A DNA stretch of 64,000 nucleotides from Candidatus Zipacnadia bacterium (GTDB lineage Bacteria > Armatimonadota > Zipacnadia > Zipacnadales > UBA5352), in the NCBI GenBank assembly GCA_029820295.1, contig JALGVA010000003.1:4161-68160 (forward strand), read 5' to 3'. Under the pieces are notes generated by a model that saw only the letters and a program-made list of their open reading frames with translations, searched no databases and had not been told where the DNA came from. The first letter of the stretch is position 1; each line of letters begins with the position of its first letter. Below are positions 9,132 to 18,588 of the stretch, piece after piece. A program made the position numbers and the translations under genes.

Positions 9132-10112
9132 CTACCCCAGCCCGATCTCCGTGACCGTGCGCAGGCCGGGCTCGGCGGCGAGCATCGGCGCAAGCAGGTT
9201 GATGACCATCCCCGCAGTTGCGCGATCACCGTGGATGCCGCCCTCGATGATCGCGCGCACCGGCGGCTCACCCTCGATGCGCACTTCGTCGCGATCCGCT
9301 TCGCCCAGCGCCATGACCAGCTCCAGCGTCACCCGCCCCATGCGCAGCGTCTGGGCCTGGCCGCGCACGCGGCCGGCCGCCACATCAACGTGCTCGCTCG
9401 AGATCGCTTCGGAGGCGACGACCGGGTCGATGGTCTCCTCGAACTCGTCCCAGGGCCAGCCCAGGGAGTCTGCGAGCAGCGCGGCTGACTCCGCCAGGCC
9501 GACGTGACCGATCTGTCCCTCGGCGGCGAGGGCGCGGAAGTCCTCGGGGTCCATGCCGGCGCCGACCTTGGCCTGAAGCTGTTGCCGTCGCCGGCCGGCG
9601 TCGAGGCGCCGGCTGGCGTGCACGGACCGCACACTCTGGCATACCCGCGTCAGCACGAAGGGCAGAAGGTCAAGCACGAAGCCGGGGTTCACTCCTGCGC
9701 CGAGCAGCACCGCGTCGTTCTCAACTGCGACACCATCGAGGCGATCCGCGGTCGTGGCCGCGCGCAGCCAGGGGAAGACCAGCTCCTCGCAGGTGGAGAT
9801 GCAGCACAGGCCGCGTTCAAGGACGGCCGCGAACTGATCCTCGACCGCCTCGACATGGGAGCCGGTGCACACCACGGCCGCCTCGGCGTCTGCCTCTACG
9901 GCGACATCGAGCGCCGCGGTGAGGTCATCCGCGACCTCGACCTCGGGGATCTCGTCGCCCTCGATCAGCTCGCGCAGCGAGCGTCCGGCGATCCCCGGGG
10001 AGATGTCGGCGGCGGCCACAGGAACGCACCGGCGGCCGGCCACTCCCGCACGGATGATCTCGAGGCCGATCGGCCCCAGCCCGACGTGCACTGTCCTGAT
10101 GACGTCACCCAT
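9132..10112 (-). CDS. NAD(P)-dependent amine dehydrogenase / dihydrodipicolinate reductase-like family protein
   Basis: N-terminal VHVGLGPIG Rossmann motif and DapB/2,4-diaminopentanoate dehydrogenase-like C-terminal region; start set at MGDVIRTV (ATG ending 10112); the upstream 260 aa of the ORF-track ORF are S/R-rich low complexity and overlap the response-regulator gene. Confidence 0.6.
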   Translation of the reverse strand: MGDVIRTVHVGLGPIGLEIIRAGVAGRRCVPVAAADISPGIAGRSLRELIEGDEIPEVEVADDLTAALDVAVEADAEAAVVCTGSHVEAVEDQFAAVLERGLCCISTCEELVFPWLRAATTADRLDGVAVENDAVLLGAGVNPGFVLDLLPFVLTRVCQSVRSVHASRRLDAGRRRQQLQAKVGAGMDPEDFRALAAEGQIGHVGLAESAALLADSLGWPWDEFEETIDPVVASEAISSEHVDVAAGRVRGQAQTLRMGRVTLELVMALGEADRDEVRIEGEPPVRAIIEGGIHGDRATAGMVINLLAPMLAAEPGLRTVTEIGLG

Positions 10113-10353
10113 CGCTGATCCCTCGCCTGCTGTCACGACGCTGACCGGTCGCGGCGGCGCGACGCGCCGCACGGCGCAGTTTACACGAAGCGCGCACGGG
10201 CGGCAAGCCCCGCCGCAGGCCGCTCGCGATCTCCTCAAGCAGAGAGCGCGAACGGCTGATATATGTACTGACCGCCGCCGTGTGCTGGCGGCGGTCGCAC
10301 GGACCACGCGCCCGGCGACGCAGGCGCGAACGTCGATCCCGGAGGGCTCGGGC

Positions 10354-11046
10354 ATGGCGGGGACGGTGCTGCTGGCAGCGCGTGACCGCGACGACATCGA
10401 CCGGCTGCACGATGGCCTGCAGGAACTGGACATGGCGGTGGCGCCGGCATCAACCGGCGCCGAGGCGCTTGAGCGCGCTGAGCAGCTCAGGCCCGACGTC
10501 GTGGTGCTGGTGCTCGACTTCCCGGACATCCACGGTCTCGACGTGTGCCGCCGACTGCGCCGCAGCAGCGACGTGCCGCTGATCGTCATGGCCGAGGGCG
10601 CGAGTGACCTCGACCGTGTGCTGGCCCTCGAACTGGGCGCGGATGTCGTCATCGCGGGCCCGTGCGACTGCGGCGAACTACGCGAACGTATCCGGGCCGC
10701 CCTCCGGCGTACCGCCGAAGCGGAGAGGGAACGCGGCAGTGACCGCGACGTGCTCGAGTTCCGCGACCTGGTGATTGACCGACGGACGCACACGGTCACC
10801 ATCGAGGGGGCGTGCGAGCAGCTCACGCCGATGGAGATGGACCTGCTGTGGGCGCTGGCCAGTCGCCCGGGCGAGGTGATCCGGTCGGCCACGCTGCTGC
10901 GCGAGGTCTGGGGCTATCCGGAGGGTGTGCGCACGCGGACGCTCGACGTGCACATCGGCCGCGTGCGCCGCAAGCTCGGTGAGGACGGGCAGAGTCCGAG
11001 GCATATCGTCACCGTGCGCGGGGTGGGTTACCGCTTCGAACCGTGA
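10354..11046 (+). CDS. OmpR-family response regulator (winged-helix) with degenerate receiver domain, orphan (no adjacent histidine kinase)
   Basis: C-terminal LTPMEMDLLWALASRPGEVIRSATLLREVWG...VRGVGYRF winged-helix signature; receiver domain retains LDFPDIHG Asp but lacks canonical DD pocket, Thr and Lys by manual alignment; start at MAGTVLL (ATG 10354). Confidence 0.8.
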   Translation: MAGTVLLAARDRDDIDRLHDGLQELDMAVAPASTGAEALERAEQLRPDVVVLVLDFPDIHGLDVCRRLRRSSDVPLIVMAEGASDLDRVLALELGADVVIAGPCDCGELRERIRAALRRTAEAERERGSDRDVLEFRDLVIDRRTHTVTIEGACEQLTPMEMDLLWALASRPGEVIRSATLLREVWGYPEGVRTRTLDVHIGRVRRKLGEDGQSPRHIVTVRGVGYRFEP

Positions 11047-11056
11047 CCTGACGCGG

Positions 11057-11082
11057 GGCGCCGCGCAACAGCCGCGCCCCCC
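11057..11082. terminator. GC-rich hairpin (GGGGCGC...GCGCCCC) between convergent genes
   Basis: 7-bp perfect stem flanking a 12-nt loop, located between the response regulator stop and the stop of the minus-strand small ORF. Confidence 0.3.
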
Positions 11083-11159
11083 TGTCACCTCGAATCGAGA
11101 GGCCGAAGCGGTGTGCGCTCCGGCCCCGATGCTGTCAAGTTCGCGGCCATGCGGCGTGC

Positions 11160-11465
11160 TCAGCTCTCGCCCGCGGGGGCGGAGGCCAGGGCGCCGTGGG
11201 GCGGCTCGGCCTCAGCGGCGTGGTAGTCGCCATCGGGGCATGCAACGGTTGACCACTGGTAGTAGGGGTCGCCGATGCTCGTAGCGGGCATGGGCGGAGG
11301 GAAGTCGGCCATGTGGGCGTGCACTGCCGCCCGCACCTCGGCCCGGGCCTGGACCGCCGCCTCGCGCGTGAGGCCGGGGACCATGACGCTCGCCATCACG
11401 GCCAGCAGCGCCGCGGCCATGGCGATGGTGCGCACGATCCTGCTTCGCCGCTCTCCCCGCTGCAT
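11160..11465 (-). CDS. small hypothetical membrane/secreted protein
   Basis: ORF with hydrophobic segment IAMAAALLAVMASVMV after MQRGERR start; no family recognised; start uncertain. Confidence 0.35.
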   Translation of the reverse strand: MQRGERRSRIVRTIAMAAALLAVMASVMVPGLTREAAVQARAEVRAAVHAHMADFPPPMPATSIGDPYYQWSTVACPDGDYHAAEAEPPHGALASAPAGES

Positions 11466-11585
11466 CGCTCTCGCCTCGCACCCCGCTACATCGGTGTCCT
11501 TCACCATGCATATCGGCGCGAGGTCGGGGAACTTGAGGGGCTGCCGCTGAGTTCGCTGCAGGAGGCCGAGGCGCGTCCCGGTTTC

Positions 11586-11614
11586 TTGACTCGCCCCCTG
11601 CGATGACCTACAAT
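11586..11614 (+). promoter_or_regulatory. sigma70-like promoter TTGACT-N17-TACAAT upstream of apgM
   Basis: TTGACT 11586-11591, 17-nt spacer, TACAAT 11609-11614; GGAGGAG RBS at 11649-11655. Confidence 0.45.
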
Positions 11615-11660
11615 CGGCGCGCACCGGCCGCGCGTGAGGGAGTAAAATGGAGGAGTATTG

Positions 11661-12914
11661 GTGACGAACTCAGCGAAAGGTGTAATCTTTATTGGCGACG
11701 GCATGGGCGGGCGTCCCGTGCCGGAGCTTGGTGGCATGACGACCCTCGAAGCGCAGGAGACCCCGGCGCTGGATCTCGTCGCGCGTGAGGGCGCGTGCGG
11801 GCTGATGGACCCGATCGCCCCGGGCATCCCGGCGGGCAGCGACACCGCGCACATGGCGATCCTGGGCTACGATCCGCACACGTACTACCGCGGCCGCGGT
11901 CCCTTCGAGGCCAAGGGCGTGGGCATCGACGTGCAAGTGGGCGACGTGGCCTTCCGCTGCAATTTCTCGACGGTCGAGGAGCGCAGGGTCGTTGACCGGC
12001 GCGCCGGGCGCATCAAGGAGGGCACCGACCAGCTCGCGGCGGCTATCTCCGAGGACGTCCCGACGGTCGAGGACGTCGAGATCATCTTCAAGCCCTCGGT
12101 CGAGCATCGCGCGGCGCTGGTGCTGCGTGGCCCGGGCCTGTCGCATGAGATCAGCGAGGTCGATCCACACGACCCGGGCGTGGACTACCTGAAGTCGCAT
12201 CCGCTCCCGGGAGCCGAGGATCCGGAGGCCGCTGAGAAGACGGCGCGCGTGCTCAATGAGTTTGTCGAGCGCACGCACGAGGTGCTCGAGGGCCATCCCG
12301 TCAACCGGCAGCGGCGCGCAGCCGGCGAGTTGCCCGCGAACATCGTGCTGCCGCGGGGGGCGGGCACGGCCGTCCAGTTGCAGCCGCTGAGCGAGCGCTA
12401 CGGCCTGCATGCGGCCATGATCGTCGAGGTGGACCTGGTCCGCGGGCTCGGGCAGTACCTGGACATGGACGTCATCAAGGTCGATGGAGCTACCGGCGGC
12501 CAGGACACCGACGAGATGGCCATCGCCGCGGCGGTGGCGGCGGCGCTGGACGACCACGACTTCGTGCTGGCGAACATCAAGGCCCCGGACCTGGGCGGCC
12601 ACGACGGCAACTGCCGCATGAAGATGGAGGCCATCGCCAAGGTGGACCGCGCGGTCGGGCACATCCTCGACGAGGTGGACTTCGCGACCACCACCATCAT
12701 GATCACCGCCGACCACAGCACGCCCTGCAGCGTCAAGGACCACAGTGGCGATGCGGTGCCGGTCGCGTTCTACGGGCGAGGGGTGCGGCCCGATGACGTG
12801 GAGCGCTACGGCGAGCGCGCGTGCGGCAAGGGCATCATGGGGCACCTGCGCGGCATGGAGGTCATGCACGTGCTCACCAACATGATGGGCCGGGCGGAGA
12901 AGTTCGGGGCATGA
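11661..12914 (+). CDS. apgM: 2,3-bisphosphoglycerate-independent phosphoglycerate mutase, archaeal type
   Basis: GVIFIGDGMGGRP N-terminus, TADHSTPC and alkaline-phosphatase-superfamily metal ligands typical of ApgM; start GTG 11661 (ORF track uses TTG 11658). Confidence 0.85.
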   Translation: MTNSAKGVIFIGDGMGGRPVPELGGMTTLEAQETPALDLVAREGACGLMDPIAPGIPAGSDTAHMAILGYDPHTYYRGRGPFEAKGVGIDVQVGDVAFRCNFSTVEERRVVDRRAGRIKEGTDQLAAAISEDVPTVEDVEIIFKPSVEHRAALVLRGPGLSHEISEVDPHDPGVDYLKSHPLPGAEDPEAAEKTARVLNEFVERTHEVLEGHPVNRQRRAAGELPANIVLPRGAGTAVQLQPLSERYGLHAAMIVEVDLVRGLGQYLDMDVIKVDGATGGQDTDEMAIAAAVAAALDDHDFVLANIKAPDLGGHDGNCRMKMEAIAKVDRAVGHILDEVDFATTTIMITADHSTPCSVKDHSGDAVPVAFYGRGVRPDDVERYGERACGKGIMGHLRGMEVMHVLTNMMGRAEKFGA

Positions 12915-14137
12915 GAGCGGTGCTCGCGGCGGCGATGCTCGGGCTGCTGACGCTCACGGCGGCCGGTGAGGTCGTCCGCGGGCCGTCGCCCGAAGTGGCG
13001 GTCGCGAACGCCCCGCCGGGTCCCGAGAGCTTTCGTATTCGCATCACGAACACCGCCGGGGGCGAGGTCGCGGTCAGCCGTGACCTGGGCGCATCGTGGC
13101 TGAATCTCGGCACAGTGACGGCGCCCGCGACGGCGGTGAATCCTGCGGGCTACACGGCCAGCCGGTGGGCGGCCGACGCGAGTGTGTGCGCCTCGGCGGT
13201 CAACGCGGTGCACATCAAGGTCGCCGACCATCCGGAGACCGGGCGCGGCGTGATCTTCTCGGTAATCCCCGCCGGCCACACAGTCGGCGCCGCTGAGGGC
13301 CATCCGAGCACGGCCATCGCGACCGACATCCCCGGCGGTGCGGGCATCTTCGGGGGGGGCTTAACGCCACAGGTCAACTCGCCGGTCTTCGTCGTGCGCG
13401 AGGGCGTGCCCGTGCGGCTCGGGCCGGACTACGTTCCGGTCGAGGGCGATGTGATTGTCATCGTCGTGCACGAACCGCCCGTGGCCGTAACCGCACTTGA
13501 GTTCGACAACGCCTTCGGTGGCCTGATCCGTGCGAGCTTCGGCGATGGCAGCGAGCGGGTGATCGGCCAGGTGCTGCGCCCGGTCGTCGGGATCGGGCGC
13601 TTCCCGGGCACCATCGACGCCGCGCCGGGGCGGCTGCGCGCCAACCATCCGGGGGTTATCGACATCTCGACCTCGCCGGTGGGCCTGGTGGGAGGCTTCC
13701 AGATCGTGCCGCGTGGGCACGCCGGCAGTCCGGAACTGAGCTACGTGCTCACCTCAACCCAGTGGATGGTGGTCGGGCCGGTGAGCGCGCTTGAGCCATC
13801 ATGGGAGGGGGTGGCGCCGCTCTTCGCGGGCTACCTGGCGCCCAGCTACCGCGCCGACGATCTGGAGCACGACGACTGGATGGAGCGCCTGCTCTCGCGC
13901 TGCCAGGTGCAGGTTCGGTTCGGCGATGGCGACTGGGAGCTGATGCCGCGCATCGCCATCGACCCCGACGCGCCCGCGGACGCCAACACGCATGATCGCG
14001 GGCGCAGCGGTCTGTGGCGCATCGCAAGCAGCCTGCTTCCCTACGCGCCGCTGTCGAGCACCGCGAACACGGCGCTGAGCGGAGTCACGGCCATTCGCAT
14101 CCTGCTGCCGCGCGCGCAGTTCTGGCCGGGCGAGTGA
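12911..14137 (+). CDS. hypothetical secreted protein (signal peptide)
   Basis: ATG 12911 overlaps apgM stop (ATGA); N-terminal MRAVLAAAMLGLLTLTAAGE signal-like segment; 408 aa with no family recognised. Confidence 0.6.
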   Translation: MRAVLAAAMLGLLTLTAAGEVVRGPSPEVAVANAPPGPESFRIRITNTAGGEVAVSRDLGASWLNLGTVTAPATAVNPAGYTASRWAADASVCASAVNAVHIKVADHPETGRGVIFSVIPAGHTVGAAEGHPSTAIATDIPGGAGIFGGGLTPQVNSPVFVVREGVPVRLGPDYVPVEGDVIVIVVHEPPVAVTALEFDNAFGGLIRASFGDGSERVIGQVLRPVVGIGRFPGTIDAAPGRLRANHPGVIDISTSPVGLVGGFQIVPRGHAGSPELSYVLTSTQWMVVGPVSALEPSWEGVAPLFAGYLAPSYRADDLEHDDWMERLLSRCQVQVRFGDGDWELMPRIAIDPDAPADANTHDRGRSGLWRIASSLLPYAPLSSTANTALSGVTAIRILLPRAQFWPGE

Positions 14138-14139
14138 CT

Positions 14140-14946
14140 ATGCCTGCCGACTACGTGCATGGCTACTCACAGCGCGAGGCGCAGAGGCTGCACGACCAGG
14201 CGGCCTCGGTGCGCGACCTGCTGCACCACGACACGGCCTTTGCGCCGGGCGAGCTGGTGCTCGAGCCCGGCTGCGGCGTCGGCGCGCAGACGGTGACGCT
14301 GGCGGCGGACAGCCCGGAGGCCAGCTTCATCGGCGTCGATATCGCTTGCGAGTCCGCGCGTGAGGCACGGAGACTGGTGGGCACGCGCGGGCTGACCAAC
14401 GTCGAGTTCGCCAGCGCCGACATCTACCGGCTGCCTTTCCGGGAGGCGCAGTTCGACCACGTTTTCCTGTGCTACGTGCTCGAACACGTGCCGGACCCGG
14501 ACGGTGCGCTGGCGTCGCTGCGACGGGTGGTGCGTGAGGGCGGCACGATCACGGTCATTGAGGGCGACCACGGATCGTGCTACTTCCACCCGGACACGCC
14601 GGCGGCGCGCGCGGCCTGGAAGTGTCTGATCGACGTGCAGGCCGCGATCGGGGGCGATTCGCTGATCGGCCGGCGGCTCTACCCGCTGCTGGCGTGCGCA
14701 GGCTTTCGCGAGGTCGCGGTCTCGCCGCGTATGATCTACGCGGACGCGAGCAGGCCGGCGCTGCGCCACAGCTTCGTGGCGACGACGATCACGCCGATGG
14801 TCGAGGGCGCGCGCGAGCAGGCGCTGGCCATGGGCATGATCGACGAAGCGACCTGGGAGCAGGGGATCCGCGAGCTGCACGCGATCCCCGAGGGCGGCGA
14901 AGGCACATTCTGCTACACGTTCTTCAAGGCGGTTGCGCGCCGATGA
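14140..14946 (+). CDS. class I SAM-dependent methyltransferase
   Basis: VLEPGCGVGAQT (motif I) and HVFLCYVLEHV (motif II region); start 3 nt after preceding stop. Confidence 0.75.
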   Translation: MPADYVHGYSQREAQRLHDQAASVRDLLHHDTAFAPGELVLEPGCGVGAQTVTLAADSPEASFIGVDIACESAREARRLVGTRGLTNVEFASADIYRLPFREAQFDHVFLCYVLEHVPDPDGALASLRRVVREGGTITVIEGDHGSCYFHPDTPAARAAWKCLIDVQAAIGGDSLIGRRLYPLLACAGFREVAVSPRMIYADASRPALRHSFVATTITPMVEGAREQALAMGMIDEATWEQGIRELHAIPEGGEGTFCYTFFKAVARR

Positions 14947-15647
14947 GTGCGGGACGCACCGAGAGGATGCTGCGGGCGAGGTTCGGGCTGCTGGTCAGCC
15001 TGCCGCGCAACGACGTCGAGATGGCGCGCGCGGCACTGGAGGCGGGCGCCGACGGCCTGAAGGTGCACATAGGCCTGGAGCACTTCGCGTCGGGCCTGAG
15101 CACAGGCAGCCTGGACGAGGAGGCCGACGCCATCGCGGCCATCTGCGCTCTCGGCGCGCCGGTGGGCATCGTGCCGGGGCTGGGCGAGCGGCAGGCGACG
15201 CGGGCGGAGATGCTGCGTCTGGCGGAGATCGGCATCGACTTCTTCGACCTCTACGCGGCCGACATGCCGGCGTGGATGCTGGCGATGGACGACTGCCCGA
15301 TGTCGGTGATGGTGGCCTTCAGCGCGACCTGCCGGCCGTGGGCGTTGGTGGAGAGCCTGGGCGCGCGCAGCCGCCCGGACCTGATCGAGGCGTCGATCAT
15401 GCCGCACGAGGTTTACGGGTGTGGGTTGACGGCGGCGGACATCTCGGAGTACGCTGAGATCGCGTACCGCGCCGTGCAGCCGGTGATCGTGCCGACGCAG
15501 AAGGCCATCCAGCCCGCCGAGGTAGGGCCGCTGATGGACGCGGGCGCGGCCGGCGTGCTGATCGGCGCCATCGTCACCGGCAGCGAGGCGGCCACTATCG
15601 CGGCGGCGACGGAGCGCTTCCGCAGTGCGATCGACGGTCGCGCCTGA
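14943..15647 (+). CDS. hypothetical protein (possibly TIM-barrel-like)
   Basis: ATG overlaps upstream stop (ATGA at 14943-14946); 234 aa, alternating beta/alpha-like pattern (DGLKVHIGLEH, GIVPGLGE); no confident family. Confidence 0.55.
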   Translation: MSAGRTERMLRARFGLLVSLPRNDVEMARAALEAGADGLKVHIGLEHFASGLSTGSLDEEADAIAAICALGAPVGIVPGLGERQATRAEMLRLAEIGIDFFDLYAADMPAWMLAMDDCPMSVMVAFSATCRPWALVESLGARSRPDLIEASIMPHEVYGCGLTAADISEYAEIAYRAVQPVIVPTQKAIQPAEVGPLMDAGAAGVLIGAIVTGSEAATIAAATERFRSAIDGRA

Positions 15648-15668
15648 GCCAGGCAGGAGGGACAGGGC

Positions 15669-17342
15669 GTGTCGCTGAGACATCGCGCACACCGGGTCAT
15701 CTACGTGCCACTCGACGACCGGCCGTGCAACGCCAGGTTCCCGCGGCTGCTCGCGCGCATGGTGGACTTCGAGCTGGTCATGCCACCACGCGAGCTGCTG
15801 GGTGACGCCCAGAACGCGGCGCAGCCGGCGCGCATAGCCGAGTGGCTCGCGGAGCCGCACGGGCGCATCGACTGCGCGATCCTGTCGATCGACATGCTCG
15901 CTTACGGCGGGCTGGTGCTCTCCCGCACGATGGCCGTCCCGGGAGACACCGCACTCAACCGCCTCGATGTGCTGGCCCGCCTGCGTGAGGTCTACGCCGA
16001 GAGCGCGATCTATGCCTTCAACGTGATCATGCGCCTGTCGATCACGGCGAACTCGCCGCAGACGGGGCAGTACTGGGAGGCGATGCGTCAGTACTCCGAG
16101 CTGGTCTGGCGCGTGAACCGCCGGGGCGAGGACGAGCTGGCGCCGCGCGTGGCCGAGCTTGAGCAGCAGATCCCGCCGGAGATCATCAGCGACTACCGGA
16201 CCGCGCGCGAGCGCAACCACTGGGTGAACCTGCGCGTTATCGACGAGACCGCCGCGCACAACATCGACTTCCTGGCGCTCACCCAGGAGGACGCCGCGCA
16301 GTTCGGGCCGCACATCGACGAGCAGGAGCGGCTGCGCGACCGGATCGCGTCGCGGAACGTCGAGGACCGCGTCATGATCTACCCCGGCGCGGACGAGGCG
16401 GGCATGACGCTGCTGGCGCGCTTCATCCACCGGCACATGCTCAGGACCCCGACGGTGCGCGTGCTCTACTCGTCGGAGGAGGGCGCGGAGCGGACCGCGA
16501 CCTTCGAGGACCGGCCGGTGCGCGAGACCGTAGAGGCGCATGTGTCGGCGGTGGGCGCCGAGTTGGCCGACGACGGCGACGCGGCCGACATCGTGCTGGC
16601 GGTGAGCACCCCCGCGGAGGGGCGGCGCGATGACTACGTCCGTGGTGCGGCGCGCGACCGCCGTCGCCGGGAGGTGCGCGGGCTGCTGGAGGCGGCGGCC
16701 GATGCCACCGACCGGCGCCTGGTGCTCGCCGACGTGGCCTTCCCCAACGGCGCGGACGAGGCGCTGATGCGCGAGCTGCGGCACAGCCAGATCCCACTGC
16801 ACTCGCTGCTGTCGTTCGCGGCCTGGAATACCGCCGGCAACTCCATCGGCTCGGCGCTGGCGCATGGGACGTTGCGGCTGCTGGCGCTGCAGGACAAGGG
16901 CGCCTTCGACCTCGCACAACTGCTGGCCGACATCCCGCCCATGCGCTACCTCGAGCTGCTCAACTCGCTCATCGACAGTGAGCGCGCGCATGTCGAGTTC
17001 CTCTTCGGCCGCTTCACCGACGACTGGCTCTACCAGTCGCGCGTGCGCCCCCAGGTGACCGAGCGGGTGGTGCGACTGCTCGAGGCCTCGACCTTCGACC
17101 TCGCCACCAGCTACCGGCAGACCGAGCGCATGGTGGCCCAGGAGCTGGGCGCGGCCGCGAGCGACCTGTGGACCGACCACTTCCTGGCGCAGGAGATGGT
17201 GCAGATCGGCGTTGACCAGAGCCGCTCGAGCCTGGTGCTCGACGCGCTCGAGGAGACGAGAGTGCGGCTGCCCTGGCGGCGCATGTTCGAAGTGGACCTG
17301 GACTTCACGTTCGGCATGGAGCTGGTGCCCGGCGGCGAGTGA
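15669..17342 (+). CDS. DUF4127 family protein
   Basis: VIYVPLDDRPCN N-terminus and AWNTAGNSIG motif that I recognise as DUF4127 signatures; GTG start with GGAGGG 7 nt upstream; 557 aa. Confidence 0.7.
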   Translation: MSLRHRAHRVIYVPLDDRPCNARFPRLLARMVDFELVMPPRELLGDAQNAAQPARIAEWLAEPHGRIDCAILSIDMLAYGGLVLSRTMAVPGDTALNRLDVLARLREVYAESAIYAFNVIMRLSITANSPQTGQYWEAMRQYSELVWRVNRRGEDELAPRVAELEQQIPPEIISDYRTARERNHWVNLRVIDETAAHNIDFLALTQEDAAQFGPHIDEQERLRDRIASRNVEDRVMIYPGADEAGMTLLARFIHRHMLRTPTVRVLYSSEEGAERTATFEDRPVRETVEAHVSAVGAELADDGDAADIVLAVSTPAEGRRDDYVRGAARDRRRREVRGLLEAAADATDRRLVLADVAFPNGADEALMRELRHSQIPLHSLLSFAAWNTAGNSIGSALAHGTLRLLALQDKGAFDLAQLLADIPPMRYLELLNSLIDSERAHVEFLFGRFTDDWLYQSRVRPQVTERVVRLLEASTFDLATSYRQTERMVAQELGAAASDLWTDHFLAQEMVQIGVDQSRSSLVLDALEETRVRLPWRRMFEVDLDFTFGMELVPGGE

Positions 17343-17426
17343 GTCGCACGGGCCGCGGTGCATCGGGAACGGCGCGCCCGCGCGGCGCGCCGAGTTCGTG
17401 TCACGAGGAAGCGGGGCGAAGCGACC

Positions 17427-18536
17427 ATGGACGACATCCGTCTGGCGTTGATCGGCACGGGGCAGAACATGATCGGGCATCTGCGCTCGCTGGTGCATAT
17501 CGACGGCGTGCGCATCGCGGGCATGGCGGACGTGGACCCCGAGCGCATGGCGCTGGCGCAGCAGCAGGTCGAGCACGACGTGCCCGCCTACCTGGACTAC
17601 CGCGACCTGCTCGGCGAGGTGGAGGCCGACGCGGTGTTCATCGCGGTGCCCAACTACCTGCACCGCCAGGTCACCTGCGACTGCCTGGACGCCGGGTTGC
17701 ACGTAATGTGCGAGAAGCCGATGGCGACCAGCGTGGCCGACTGCGACGCGATGATCGCCGCCGCCGAGCGTAATGAGCGCATCCTCCAGGTCGGGCTCTC
17801 GTGCCGGTTCTCACGGGTGGACTCGAAGGCCTGCGAACTGGTGGCGGCGGGCGAGATCGGTGAGCCGGTGATGGTGTGGGCGCGCGAGTTCCGGGCGCCG
17901 TTCGCGAAGAAGTTCCAGGACTGGATATTGGACGACACGCGCTCGGGGGGCACGCTGCTGGAGAAAACCTGCCATCACTTCGACCTGTTCAACTGGTTCG
18001 CAGGGGCGGGGCCGCAGGGCGCGGCGAACCCGACCCGCGTCTACGCCTCCGGTGGCGCCGACTGGGTCTATGCCGACATCGCGCGCCTGCCGGAGGGCCG
18101 GACCGAGGCGGAGGCCCCCACGGTGAACATCCTCGACAACGCCTTCGTGACGGTGGACTACGACACCGGGGCGCGCGCCAACCTGGCGCTGTGCATGTTC
18201 GCCGACCACGGGCGCAAGCTCGAGATCGGCATCCAGGGGACGCACGGGACCGTGGTCTACTACCGCCTGGAGTTCCGCGTAGAGCTGTACAACGCGGACC
18301 ATCGCGGCGAGGCGTCGGTCATCGACATCGAGATACCGGACCAGGAGATGCACTGGAGCCACCATGGCCAGGCCTACCTCGAGCAGCTCTACTTCTTCGA
18401 CTGCGTGCGCGAGGGGCGCCGGCCGGAGGTGGATGGCTACGTGGGCAAGCGCGCGGTCGAGATCTCGCTGGCGGCGGAGCGATCGGCCAAGACCCACGCG
18501 CCGGTGGAATACGAAGCAACGCGCCTGCCAGGATAG
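17427..18536 (+). CDS. Gfo/Idh/MocA family oxidoreductase
   Basis: IRLALIGTGQNMIGHL Rossmann N-terminus, EKP motif, C-terminal dimerisation/alpha-beta domain; start at MDDIRL. Confidence 0.8.
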   Translation: MDDIRLALIGTGQNMIGHLRSLVHIDGVRIAGMADVDPERMALAQQQVEHDVPAYLDYRDLLGEVEADAVFIAVPNYLHRQVTCDCLDAGLHVMCEKPMATSVADCDAMIAAAERNERILQVGLSCRFSRVDSKACELVAAGEIGEPVMVWAREFRAPFAKKFQDWILDDTRSGGTLLEKTCHHFDLFNWFAGAGPQGAANPTRVYASGGADWVYADIARLPEGRTEAEAPTVNILDNAFVTVDYDTGARANLALCMFADHGRKLEIGIQGTHGTVVYYRLEFRVELYNADHRGEASVIDIEIPDQEMHWSHHGQAYLEQLYFFDCVREGRRPEVDGYVGKRAVEISLAAERSAKTHAPVEYEATRLPG

Positions 18537-18545
18537 GCGCCCGCC

Positions 18546-18570
18546 CTTGCAGTCTGCCGGTTCCGGGTTG
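18546..18570. repeat. tandem heptanucleotide repeat element, copy 2
   Basis: gccggttccgggttgccggttaccg 10 nt after the Gfo/Idh/MocA stop. Confidence 0.5.
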
Positions 18571-18588
18571 CCGGTTACCGATTCTCGA

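Noticed and set aside
14913-17702. 929-aa minus-strand ORF spanning the DUF4127 and Gfo/Idh/MocA region
   Set aside because: It is antisense to two family-recognisable plus-strand genes. Its translation is R/A/G/P/H-rich low complexity with no motifs, the typical open antisense frame of high-GC DNA.
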